From positions 1,759 through 65,758 of the forward strand of contig JAUCBJ010006043.1 of NCBI GenBank assembly GCA_032718475.1: a DNA stretch of 64,000 bases. Direction: 5' to 3'. Below the pieces are notes generated by a model that saw only the letters and a program-made list of their open reading frames with translations, was not told the origin of the DNA and did no database searches. A program made the position numbers and the translations under genes. This DNA is from Nemertoderma westbladi. Lineage: Eukaryota > Animalia > Xenacoelomorpha. Shown here piece after piece: positions 11,029 to 22,269 of this stretch. How positions within the stretch are numbered: position 1 is the first letter of the stretch; each line of letters begins with the position of its first letter.

Positions 11029-13629
11029 CTATTTCTTTCTCTGATACGCCTTTCGTCTCTTCGCCCGTCGACTCTCATCGATCGCTATAGCTGGTAGAGG
11101 AGCGTCAACATCCATCGTGAGTAACGCTTCGGCTTGTCTCCTGGCGGCTCTTCCTTTCGATGGCATAGGGATCATGTTGGTTCGTCTTTCCAACTCAGAC
11201 TTGCGTGCCTCTAGGAACCACTCTCCGTCACCGAACTCCTCTTTATACGAGTATAATCGTCTAATGACTTCAAATGGACCGAATAATCCGGCGCTCAGTA
11301 GCAGATCCACGTAATGGAAAGGTAGCATGGCCGACGTGTGGAGGCGTTCCGGGAAGGAGAAATACCCGCACGCCATCTCATGCGCGATATTCTGAGCGTT
11401 TCTCCGAACCTTGGTCTTTAAGTGGCTGTTTGCGTATGTTTCAAACATGACCATATTTCCCATAGCGGTTACGTCTTTGGTTGGACATTTGATATAGCAG
11501 CGGGGGCTAGAGGAATGTCCACGGAAACCGCACGTGGTGCAGAGGTTATATAGGATCGGACAGACGGAAACGTCGTGGCCCGATGTCGCGCAGTATGGGC
11601 AATAGAGTATCCCGATGAGCTGGAGGCACGAATCGGTAACCCGATTCCTTCTACCGCGTGGGCACTGCTCCGAACCGCAGTTGCCGCAAACCTCCAATTG
11701 CATCTCTCGACCGGGGAATATCGGAATCGGGAGGCCGACGTAATATTCGAGTCGTCGGTCGCTCTTCGGAATATTCGCGGTGGCCGGTAGCCCGCGGAAT
11801 GCTAGGCTTTTGCGTAGTAGGTTCTCGCTCCGATAACCTTCTTTGTGTCCCGTTGGTCTCAACTCAGACGACCGTTTCTGGCGGTGGATCCATTCAGTTT
11901 GCTCGGCGTACCAGCGGGTTAGTCGCATAGGGTCCTGAGGAACGGAGGGTGTAGTAGCCACCGCTGGTCGGCGAAGAGGTGCTGGGGTTTTCGACGGAGG
12001 GATTCCGAGGAGATCGTCGGGAGTCGGCGCAGCGCTGGGGCCCTTCTCGACCAATATCGCTGAGCGGGTCCGTTGATTGCTGGTACTCGGAATCTCCGAC
12101 GACCAGTCTTCGCCACCCGGGAAAGGATACGGGGATAACCTTTGGCACGTATCGCCGAAGTCGTTTAATGCGAAGGTAGTAACCAACTCCCTCGCAGGGC
12201 TACCGAAGCCGAGTGGTGAGGAAACGCCCGCTTCCGTCGTTGGTTCGGCGGAGGCAACCCGTTTGGCGGCCGGTTGGTAAGCGGCCTCCGGCTCGAGTTG
12301 TCGCTTCGGGGTGGAGAGTAGAACACCCTCGTTTAGCCATATTTCTTCCCCTTCCGAAGAGATCAGAGGCTCCTCCGCACCGAGAAGTTCGGTAATCGTA
12401 GGGATGTCGTAAGGTCCGCTCTCGTCCCAGGAATCGATAACGGCGAGCGTTTTCGTCTCTCCCGGTGTAATGTTCTCGACCGCTTTGAACGCGTGGTTTA
12501 TGACCTCGTTCCAGTCGTAGTCGACGAAGGAAAGGGGAACCGCCGTAATGAGGTTATCGAGAGTCTTACAGATAAACTTAGCGACAGTGTAACACTCCAT
12601 AACGACGTAGATATAGCGCCGTCGATCGGGATTCTCCCACCTTTGGTGTATCGTCCACTTCTGATCAACGTCCTTCCATCGACCCTCTCGCTCACTCTTT
12701 ATTTCTAATCCTGGGTATCCACCATATATTTTATTATAGTCCCGGAATTTCTGGGGTTTGAAGTCGATGCCGCCGTTTAGCACAGCGAGGTAGCCGATCC
12801 TGGATTTCTTCGGTCTCACCTCTTGGAATCCTCGCATGAACTCGGCGAATCGTAACCAGGCTAGTAGCGTTTGAGTGTCGATGCAATGGCTAAGGGCATT
12901 GAGGTCGTCTCGTCGGTTTCTTCCTGAAGGAGCGTTCGCGTAGTCGTTCCGGACGTTCGCCTTGATATCTGACCCGATTTTAATGACGTCGAAGTCGAAG
13001 AGGATCTTCTGGATTTCCGGAGGTAGCAACCAGATTGCTCCGGCTGCCTGCACTTCCTGTCTGGGTGTCGGAAATATTCGACACACCAATACCAAACCGT
13101 CCAGGGTTCCGAGGACGACGACCAAGGATCGACCGTATTCTTTCGCCCCGTACTTTTCTTGGTAGTCGTCGCGATTCTGGATGGTCGATATACGTTCCTC
13201 TCGAAGCGTTGCCGTACACTCCGACAGGTTTCCCCAGTGGGCGAGGTACGTACTCTTGTCGTCGACGAAACTTTGACATCTCGCCAACGTAATCGCTTTC
13301 GAGGTGGGCATTGCGTTTCCCTCATTGTCGTAGATCAAACATCGGGATCTGTAGACGCTCTGCCGGAACGTTTCCCAAAACGACGAATCGTCCCCTCCGG
13401 TTGCCTTTGCATTCCGAGTTCTTTTCAGTCTCGTACTAGCATCAGCTAACCGGAGGGCTCGTAGATTCTTGGAATCCGGTCCCTCTCGCCCGGTGAATTT
13501 AACGACTCGCACGTTCTCATTTAGCAGGGTGCTCCAATTTGTATCAAAGTCAGGGGATCCAGGTTGCGAATATTCCAGTAGATCTATCGTGTTACGTAAT
13601 TCGCCGATAATTTGGCGATTTGGATCCAT
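11029..13629 (-). CDS. Accessory protein: DEDDy 3'-5' exonuclease-like domain, low-complexity linker, tandem CCHC zinc knuckles, basic tail
   Basis: Uninterrupted 866 aa. ExoI-like LIYDNE (D101/E103); LPPEIQKILFDFDVIKIGSDIKAN (ExoII region); CIDTQTL; WENPDRRRYIYVVMECY (ExoIII-like YxxxE); CPYCATSGHDVSVCP-x5-CTTCGFRGH; RRAKRRK. Confidence 0.75.
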   Translation of the reverse strand: MDPNRQIIGELRNTIDLLEYSQPGSPDFDTNWSTLLNENVRVVKFTGREGPDSKNLRALRLADASTRLKRTRNAKATGGDDSSFWETFRQSVYRSRCLIYDNEGNAMPTSKAITLARCQSFVDDKSTYLAHWGNLSECTATLREERISTIQNRDDYQEKYGAKEYGRSLVVVLGTLDGLVLVCRIFPTPRQEVQAAGAIWLLPPEIQKILFDFDVIKIGSDIKANVRNDYANAPSGRNRRDDLNALSHCIDTQTLLAWLRFAEFMRGFQEVRPKKSRIGYLAVLNGGIDFKPQKFRDYNKIYGGYPGLEIKSEREGRWKDVDQKWTIHQRWENPDRRRYIYVVMECYTVAKFICKTLDNLITAVPLSFVDYDWNEVINHAFKAVENITPGETKTLAVIDSWDESGPYDIPTITELLGAEEPLISSEGEEIWLNEGVLLSTPKRQLEPEAAYQPAAKRVASAEPTTEAGVSSPLGFGSPARELVTTFALNDFGDTCQRLSPYPFPGGEDWSSEIPSTSNQRTRSAILVEKGPSAAPTPDDLLGIPPSKTPAPLRRPAVATTPSVPQDPMRLTRWYAEQTEWIHRQKRSSELRPTGHKEGYRSENLLRKSLAFRGLPATANIPKSDRRLEYYVGLPIPIFPGREMQLEVCGNCGSEQCPRGRRNRVTDSCLQLIGILYCPYCATSGHDVSVCPILYNLCTTCGFRGHSSSPRCYIKCPTKDVTAMGNMVMFETYANSHLKTKVRRNAQNIAHEMACGYFSFPERLHTSAMLPFHYVDLLLSAGLFGPFEVIRRLYSYKEEFGDGEWFLEARKSELERRTNMIPMPSKGRAARRQAEALLTMDVDAPLPAIAIDESRRAKRRKAYQRKK

Positions 13630-14176
13630 ATTTACGATTATATCCGTTACAAATTAGATCAGTTAATTATAAGTCCAGAAAGTCTGAAACTATAGCGATA
13701 GCAGAATAATTCAGTTTTTTATTTAATTCAGTTTATTAAATAACATTGCTATATAGACATCTATCATCTTATTGCTAATACATTCAGCATTTACAGTTAC
13801 TATAGCTATACATTAATATCCAACCAGTTTTTTATGACTTTTTTGTCCTTTTCTTTTTTCCAATTCTTTTCTTTAGACTTTTTTATACCTTTTTTTGTCT
13901 TTTTTCATTTCATTATTATTTCATCTCATTTTATTTATTTCCACATATATTTCATCACATTTATTTCCACCATTTATTTCACATTTGTTTATTTCCACAT
14001 CATCATTGGGGTTATAGCCCCCCGGCTATCATCATTTGTTATAAGCGCAACACCAGGGTGCGCATCATTACATTTTCATCATCATACGCGTCACCATTCA
14101 GGTTTATAGTAGAGTTGTCTGATCCTTTTCATCATTTCCAACTACATTCAATCATCTTCTTTGGTTAATCTTTGTC

Positions 14177-14610
14177 GTGGAAGGGGTGTTACGCGGCAAT
14201 CTGGGATCTACAGCTGGACTCGTTACACCGCCTACGCCCCAAACTGCGCACGTAACGGACAATGAAGACGCTGGGAGTGAAGTCACGTGGAGTGCACCAG
14301 GGACCCACCAGAATAACATTCCCAACAACATAAAGCTCAGTCGACGAAGTCATGTGGGATGGGGTTACGCAACATTCTGGGATCTACAGCTGGACTCGTT
14401 ACACCGCCTACGCCCCAAAATCCACGCAACGGTCCCACCAGAATAACGCGACTGAGAAACATAAAACCCTCTATCGTCGAAGTCATGTGGATGCACCATG
14501 GACCCACCAGAATAACGGGATAGAGGGGGTGTTGCGCGGCAATCCGGGATCTACAGCTGGACTCGTTACACCGCCTACGCCCCGAACTGCGCACGCAACG
14601 GACAACATAA
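14177..14610. repeat. Three ~170-bp tandem units with a conserved ~65-nt stem-loop core
   Basis: GGGG...GGGATCTACAGCTGGACTCGTTACACCGCCTACGCCCC at ~14183, ~14361 and ~14526. Confidence 0.85.
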
Positions 14611-14877
14611 CATACTGCGATGAATATAATGAATTCCACTTCAAATCTTTACCATTTCCAATAATCCAATATCGTTGGTCCCGATGACCAAAATCAGGGT
14701 AAACAATACATAAACGACCCTGCGTCAGTCGAAACATCTGCAGGGTGACGCTGGACTCCACATAACACACGAGGAAACACAAATACCATTGCATGGTTAC
14801 AGTTGGTTTAAGGGGGTCCATTTTCATTGTCGATAAATCACAGTTTTATAAGAGTTTGTCAACATGATGAGAAGGGT

Positions 14878-15996
14878 CTAAACGCATTTGTAATTGTCAC
14901 CAATGTCCGCAGCAGGATCTTGAGTAGGGAACTTATCACCTCTCGTAGAGTCACCGCTATCATTGCCTTCGAGAAGGCACAGCCTCTGGATAGGGCGTTG
15001 GTAGTGGCCCTTTTTATAATTGTCACCAATGTCCGCAGCAGGATCTTGAGTAGGGAACTTGTCACCTCTCGTAGAGTCACCGCTGTCATTGCCTTCAAGA
15101 AGGCACAGCCTCTGGATAGGGCGTTGGTAGTGGCCCTTTGCCGTTCGTATCGTCACAGTCCTCGCAAGTCCGTCTTTGCTTGGGTGTATGGTCACGACCC
15201 GCGCCACAGGCCAGTGAACGCGGTCTTTGAGATCTTCTTTTACTAGTACCATGTCGCCAACTGCGACGTTCCGGTATGTGTTGTTCCATTTCCTCCTGGT
15301 CCGGAGGGTTATGAGATACTCCTGGGCCCAGATTCTCCACCAATGCGCTGCCAATGCTTGGGCCTTCTTCCAATTTGTATGTCTCGCGAACTCGCTGGGA
15401 TCTGGGAACATGGTCTCTGGGAGAACATGAGTTTTGGGTCTCCCCAGTAGGTGATTAGGAGTAAGGGACTCAACTGAGGCGTTTGCCATCCAGGTATTAC
15501 GGCAGATTAGTCCGTGCTCTCCCGTTAATGGTGTCAATGTTATCAACGTCATTATTATCATCAACAACCTTATTAGCCACCAAAGCATGGGCAAGCGCCA
15601 ATGTCCGTCTTTGGACGTTGCCTGATCAAAAATGTCGGTACAATATTGATCTTCCTCGGACGGATTCTCGTCCTTCTCGGCAAACTCTCGGGTCTCCACA
15701 TTAAAGCATCCGGTCATCTCCCGCTGGGTTCTCTCAGTCTCAAGGAAAAAATCATCGTCCAGGTCTGTAGCTGAGCAATAACCCACGGAGGTTACATTTT
15801 CTTTAATCTGACATTTAGGAAGGTATGTATAGGTGTCAGTAGTCTCTTCCTTGATGCCACAGAGGGTCCATCCCATTATTGTTCGTTCAGCGTAAAAGCC
15901 GTCATCCTTCTTTATGGATCGGGCGACATCTCCGGTTGGTATGTGTAATTCCGGTGTATCAAGTCCGATCAGTAGGGTGATGCGGTTTACGTCCAA
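14878..15996 (-). pseudogene. pol: E1 pol remnant lacking RT, RNase H and integrase core
   Basis: Pre-RT region (TIMGWTL, WRLPMLW) joined near 15580 to the integrase C-terminus (LTPNHLLG, WWRIWAQEYL, VGDMVLV, YQRPIQRLCLL); last 42 aa duplicated. Confidence 0.85.
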
Positions 15997-16023
15997 CTGC
16001 GGACACCTCAGGTCTACATCGTC

Positions 16024-17599
16024 TCAGTCCAATTGTATGAGGGGGGCGTACTCGGCTGATTGTTGGAACCGCACTCGGAGGTCTGTGTGTACCAAGGCGT
16101 TCTTGATGGTTAACTTAACCGTTTCGTAGCCCTTAATCACTCCTTCCATCTGGAGTTGCACCTCCCCGGACTCTACCTCTCTGTTATCGGTGATGGTTTG
16201 TATGGGCCGTTTACAAGGTTCATATTCTAGGCCGAGTTGCTCGAGGAAATCCCGGTCGATGATGGTTCCGTCGGACCCATTATCAAGGAACGCGAGCGTC
16301 GTCAAGGATTTGCCGACTCCTTGAATCCTTACTGGGATTACCTTTGCGAAGACCATGTAGCGGCGATTTATAAGATTAATCGTGGCCGAAATATTTGTTA
16401 CTTGTGATGCGTTAGTGGAGGTTTTGAACGGGTTGGTTTCTCTCCGTTGGGTTGTCCGGGTTCCTTTAGAAACGTGGTTCGTTTCTCCTCTTCGCTTGGC
16501 TTCGATCCGAAAGGGGAGGGTAGTGAAGTCGAAGTTCGCGGGGATGTGGAGGAGCGTGTGATGACGTAGGTCGTTACAAACCGCACAACACGACCTTTGG
16601 TGGCAATCCCGAACGTAGTGACCTGTTCCAAGACACCGGAAGCATCCTCGGTGTTTCGTAATCGCCTCGAAGCGTGGGACGAGTTCAGCAAACTGGAACT
16701 TTCCGCAGAATTCTAACTTATGTTTCTCTCCGCAGAAGAGACATATAGGGGAGGCTGTGGTGCCTTCCCTTTCGGGTGCCCAATTCGCTAGGTAGCATGC
16801 CCATTCTTCTGCTAAGGTCGGTTCCTCGTAATCCTCGTCATCCGAGTCCTCAGCCATACTGACGGCCATCGCACTCACAGGAGTAGGGTGGAAACTTGGG
16901 TTTGGAGTGGGTGCCCTGCTCTGGTAATTGCTCTCCATTGCGTCCAACTTGGCGAGACTCTGTTTCGAGAACATCGAGTCATTCATGGCTTCGGAGATAT
17001 CGTCCAGGAATGCCGACATTTCGAGGAAGCTGGGATCTTGATCTGGATGTCTGCGCCGGAGATGTACGCATTTATAGGCCCACTTACTTTGCAGCCATCC
17101 GGGGAACTTCCGGGCGATCTGTCGGAGGTTTAGAATGTTGTTCACCTGGTCCTCCTTATTTAAGGGTTTCAGAGTGTAGTAGGCATCCTTCATGGAATCT
17201 GAGAATTCCTGGAGGTTCTGTGGGTCCCCTAGTGATCCCGCGTCTTGTATCAGTTTCTCTAGAGTTTTATTAATTATAGTCCCGGTATTTCCGTATCTTT
17301 TGTCTAGAGTTTTCCATGCGTCATAGTATGCTTCATGAGAACCTCCCTCAAAACAAGCGATGATTCGGCGTGGTTTGTCACCCAGGTATTGCGATAAATA
17401 TACCAGTTTCTGTGCGTCGGCTATGTCCGTTGATCCAATCTGCACAAAGAACCGTTTCTTGAATCTGAGGTAATCGACGGGATCTCCTTCGAAGGTGCGG
17501 ATCTCCATCTTAGGCATGGCAAGGTGGTTCTCCAACGCCCGGATAATACTGATGTCGTCTGAACTGGAGTGACTCAGAGGGTTATAGTTATTGGCACTC
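16024..17599 (-). pseudogene. gag: E1 gag core, zinc knuckles and aspartic protease (5' end missing)
   Basis: PKMEIRTFEGDP (BEL gag core); CLFCGEKH, CFRCLGTGH, CAVCNDLRHHTLLH; LDNGSDGT. Fused at 17600 to an unrelated LINE fragment, which creates the chimeric 658-aa ORF call. Confidence 0.85.
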
Positions 17600-19494
17600 A
17601 CATTTGTCGTGGTTAAAAAGAAGTTGCCACAATTTGCTCCAGCGGTCCAGGACATCCAAATCACTTTGTAGTAGGGCAATAGATGTGATGTTCCTGGGGT
17701 CGAATATAGCGCTTTGAGGTCATTGGTGAAAAGATGAATGAGTAGAGTTGGAACATCATTCACATATCCAAGTAATAGGAAAACTCCAGCAACACTTCCC
17801 TGAGGAACACCATTGTCAAAATGTAGCCACAGTGATGCTTTCCCACTGATGACCACGGGTTGGTATCTACAAGATAGAAAGACCTGAAACCAATTTAATA
17901 ACTTGCCAGTTATTCCAAGGGCCTGCAAATTGACAATCAGTCTCTGGTGTGGCACTGAATCAAAGGCTTTCTCTAAGTCCAAGTACACATCGATGCACAT
18001 GCGATCATCTAGTACTTTGAACCAATGGAAGATACAATCAAGTAGTTGCAGAGGGCATGATCGCCATTTCTGCTTTTCTGGAAACAGTATTGGTCATAGG
18101 GTATATATAAGGTTATTTCCCTTCATGTTGCTGTATGTTTCATTGACAATATTTCGTTCCATAAGTTTGCAGACCACTAATGTTAGACTGATAGATGTTA
18201 AGTTTTCACACAAATATTTACTACCATTCTTAAATTGTGGGGAAATGTTGGCGAGCTTCCAAACAACTGTCTGGTAGCGGTCCTTCATTCATTGACTTAT
18301 TAAATAATGAAGCCAGGGGTAAGCCTTTATCTCGTTATTGGCCCCGATAAAGTTGGTACCTTTATCTGATCGCATGGTGTTGCTAGTCCCAAAGCGAGCG
18401 ATTTGTCGGCGTAGGCTGAGTATGAAACTATTAGTAGATAAATCATTCACCATGTCCAGATGAATCGCTCTTACAAAGTCATAAAGTCTTACGAAGTCTT
18501 ACAAACAAATATAACGCACCATCGCTTGACTATAGTTCGAGCGCGGTACACTTCAATAGGGCCAAATAAATCCACACCAGTGTTAGTAAAGGGTGGTTCA
18601 TAACAGCTTACTCTTTCCCTAGGTAATTCTGCCTCTCGCTGGGTTAAAGGCCTAATGCTTTCCTACAGGGTATGCAGTTCCTAAGAACTTGGTTTAGTGC
18701 TTTACGTGGCTTATAAAAATAATAGCGCATTCTAACTTCGCTAAGAAGTCGTTCCCTACTTGCATGATAAAGATTACTATGGACATCTACAATCATCTTG
18801 ATTTGTATTTCAAGATTTTTGATGATGATGGGGTACTTAGTGTCAAAGGAAAGTGGTACATTAGTTAATCTCCCTCCAACACGTATGAGTCTGTCAAACA
18901 TCATACTGGACAAAGAATCCTTTAAGTGCATCTGCGGATTTTTCATCAGCAGGAAATGCTTCTCAGGATCATCATGGCACTGTAGAAGCCTCAGTAGTTG
19001 CTTATTGGTATTGTCATGCTCCTGATGCGTGATCTTGTCCGTTAAAAACTGTGAATTTCTTTAGTCTTGGAATAATGGTGGTGGAAAAGCCGTTTCAAAT
19101 ACGTGATTGCTTTACAATGTCTATTCCAAGCTCTCTTCACTAGTGGTGAGAGTCCTTTAGAGACATCAGGTATCCCAGTCTTCCAATCTTGGTTCTGAAA
19201 ATAGGCCACAGTCCCGTTCGGGGTTCGTGGTGTGGCATCATTGTTGTCATCGGCAGCGTGTAGAATCGATAGATCGAGCATCGGTTTAAACAGCTTGGAT
19301 TTACTCGTCCGCATCTTTGGCTTAACAGTTTCCGCTCCCTTGGCTTGTCTGATCTCGGCAGTGGTGAGATGGGGGGGGGGGGGGCATTCCTCTTCTCCTT
19401 TACTCAGGAAGTCGGGGCCACCTAGGCAATCTGGTGTCTCAGTTAGTTCCTTGGGTGTAGCTCCTCTGGAGGCTATGACAGCAGGATTAATAGT
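17600..19494 (-). repeat. Left arm of a ~1.9-kb inverted duplication (BEL integrase remnant plus LINE RT remnant)
   Basis: Reverse complement of 27913-29829 with few differences; contains RVGGRL, GVDLFGP, LDLEKAFDSVPH and GVPQGS. Confidence 0.9.
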
Positions 19495-21570
19495 CCCAGG
19501 GCAATGTCTACACGGTTAGTTACAAAGACGCTGGACTGGCAGACTTCATTAGTCAAATATTCTAGAACGAGTAATGCATCCATCCAATAAACAGTTTTCT
19601 CCAATGGGTAGTCTACCTGTTTGGTGATATTCCTACCAATGGTGAAAGCGTACAGTGCTGTTTTTAATTCTGCTCTGGGTACCCATAGCTTGTTGATTAG
19701 AGCCTTTGAGGCGGCTAAGAAGACCTTAATTCTGTCTGGTGTTTCGACTCTCAGATAGACTACTATACCTATTCCAATATTGCTGGCGTCTCCAAAGACG
19801 TGTAGTTGATAGGAATAGGTGGGGAGAACATGACCAAAATATGCGCGAGAAATCTTAAAGTCCTCTATAGATGGTAAAGAGTTTTCCCACTTCATCCATT
19901 TCTTCAATAGTTCACCCTTTAGCGGGTCATCCCAAGAATGGTTTTCAAGCCACATTTGCTGGACTAGATTCTGAGCAACTAGGATTACTGGACTAATGAA
20001 TCCTAACGGATCGAAATACATGCTAAGAATACTCACGCAGATCCTTTTAGTCCGAACAGGGTCCTCTTGTTGTTTTAATTGGAAGAACAAAATATCTCTC
20101 TCCGTATCCCACTTTAGTCCGATGGTTTTGGTCTCTGGGAGGTCGTCTTTAATAAGGTCGAGATCTTTCGCACCTCGTTCTTTCTCTGGGATCGCCTCCA
20201 GAAACTCACGGGAGTTGCTGGTGAATTTAGTTAACCGAAATCCACCGCGCTGAAAACACTCTACCGTTCCCTTGGCAACCTCTACAGCTTCTTCCACCAT
20301 AGGTAGAGACTTGAGGTTGTCGTCCATGTAGATGTCCTATTTAATATTATCGATGACCGTTTTGGGGAATGCGTCTCGATTCTCATCTGCAGTAGTATGT
20401 ACTATTGAGCAGGCATTGGATGGACTAGATATAATGCCGAAGGCTTGGATAGTCATCCAATACTCCACAGGTTCCTTACCAAAGTCACCATCAGGCCACC
20501 ATAAGAACTGTAAACTATCTCGGTCTCGTTGTAACGCCTTTACTTGAAGAAACATTCCCCTCGATATTGGAGGCAAAGACGATAGAATACTGCCGGAGTC
20601 GCAGTAGTATTCCCAACAATGATTGCAGTTGGTTGGGTCCCGGCAATAACTCAGAGTTGAGGGATTGTCCCTTATATAACGCAGATCCGTCGAACACCAC
20701 CCGGACTTCATTGGGCTTTCTGGGTTTGGGAACATAGTGGTGTGTTAGATAGTACGTTCTCTCTGTCACACGTGTGTCGATGGGAACTCGCTCTGCGTAT
20801 CCCTTGTCGATGAACTTTTTCAACTGGGTCTTATACATTTCTTTAGCCTTGTCATTCCTTGACAAGCATCGATGTAGCTGTTTGATTCTCTTGATGGCCA
20901 ACGGTCGATTGTTTATGAAGCTGGGTTCTCTCTTCCGGAAAGGTAAGCCAATCTCGTATCGACCCTCCTCCTTTAAGTAACGAGTAGTCGTCGCTTGGAT
21001 CTGTTTAGTTCTTTCTTCCTCTACTGATAGGGCTCTATCATACGAGTTGGGTTCCACAGCTTCTTGCATGAAGAATCGAACGGTGAGTTCATCTCTCAAT
21101 TGAGCCTTGTATCGCTCCACTACCTCATTGAGCTCGTCATCCTCGTAAGCCAACAGCTCGTTATTAGGCTGTATTAAGTTACAGAGTTCGATTTGATTGA
21201 ACCAAGTCTGAGTTTCGGTGAGGGGTTTGATAACATTCTCCTCATCGTATATTGTTTGTATATCATCGTTATCTGATGAGTATGGAGTTTCCTTGGCTGT
21301 TAGAGTTTCATCCATCACAGCCTCTACGATGTTGCACACTTGATGGACATGTTCATCCTCTCCCCTTTCTCGGGGGGTCCGTCCAGAGGGTCCTGTGATG
21401 TACCAACCCACTCTGGTTCTTCCCGCGTATGTTTGTAAAGGTCGCGGTCGTGCGGGTCGTTTTTCGATGGTCTCGAGCGCTTCATGCGCATTTTGGCCGA
21501 TGAGCATCTGAACTCCCGTATAATCGGGTTTGAATCTGGGAACTTGGTGTGACAAATTAGGTTGAGATTT
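18300..21570 (-). pseudogene. pol: Degenerate BEL/Pao pol (RT, RNase H, integrase) related to the E3 family
   Basis: GVQMLIGQNAHEALETIEKRP matches the E3 polyprotein; VRVVFDGS, YMDD, FGDAS; many frameshifts. Confidence 0.85.
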
Positions 21571-21579
21571 CTTAAACAT

Positions 21580-22091
21580 TCATTAAATTACTCTCAATAT
21601 CTATAATATGATAACGGTCTTTATTTTAATGGAATCAATTAAATTATATGATGAGACATCTGTTATCAATCCTTAGTGCTTAATTAGTTACTGTTAATAT
21701 TGTATTGGTGAAGGTGTATCCAATAGCACTTATTTTACATTATTAGTACAGTATGTCGAATAACTATTAAGCTGTAACTAATGCTAGCTAATTTATTTGT
21801 ATTGGGTAATTTGATTTAGTTGATACATAGTTCAATTAGTTGAAATTATTTTTAAGACCCTTTCAATATGTTCAAGAGAACTCAGTGTTTACAGTGTGTG
21901 TAATTCATTTCAATTTTCTATTCAGTTTCTGTGTTTAAATGCTTTATTAAATAATTTTAATGTTGATTCGTAAATAATATTAAATGTCAGAGATTTAATT
22001 ATAAGAAAACGTATTTTAAATTATTCTTATTTACAATTTCTTAAGATACAATAATTATTCACTACATAAAAATGGTGCCTGGACCCGGATC
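21580..22091 (+). repeat. Probable 5' LTR end and tRNA-type PBS of a further BEL element (E5)
   Basis: AT-rich block ending ...ACTACA (~22067), then TGGTGCCTGGACCCGGAT, similar to the complement of tRNA-His/Phe 3' ends. Confidence 0.5.
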
Positions 22092-22269
22092 TAATCAACC
22101 GCTATATTTTTTTTATATTCTTTAATCCAGGCCTAGGCCCATAAAATATTTAGTTATGGCAAAGAAAAAAGACAAAACGGGTACCGGTACGTAAAATAAA
22201 CAAAATACAGTTTTATGTAATAGCACAGCAGAACAAAAGAATATATCTTCGCTTAAGTACAATATTTAA

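Larger units (their letters stand above)
9755..17599 (-). mobile_element. BEL/Pao LTR retrotransposon E1 (5'-truncated, pol internally deleted, with accessory gene)
   Basis: Order on minus strand: gag/protease, pol remnant, repeats, 866-aa ORF, PPT, LTR. Confidence 0.8.

Noticed and set aside
11029-13629. env gene or host gene
   Set aside because: No signal peptide or transmembrane anchor is evident; it is intronless, lies between pol and PPT, and shares a motif with the LTR.
16024-18000. 658-aa RT-Gag fusion protein
   Set aside because: Chance in-frame junction at the inverted-duplication breakpoint (17600).
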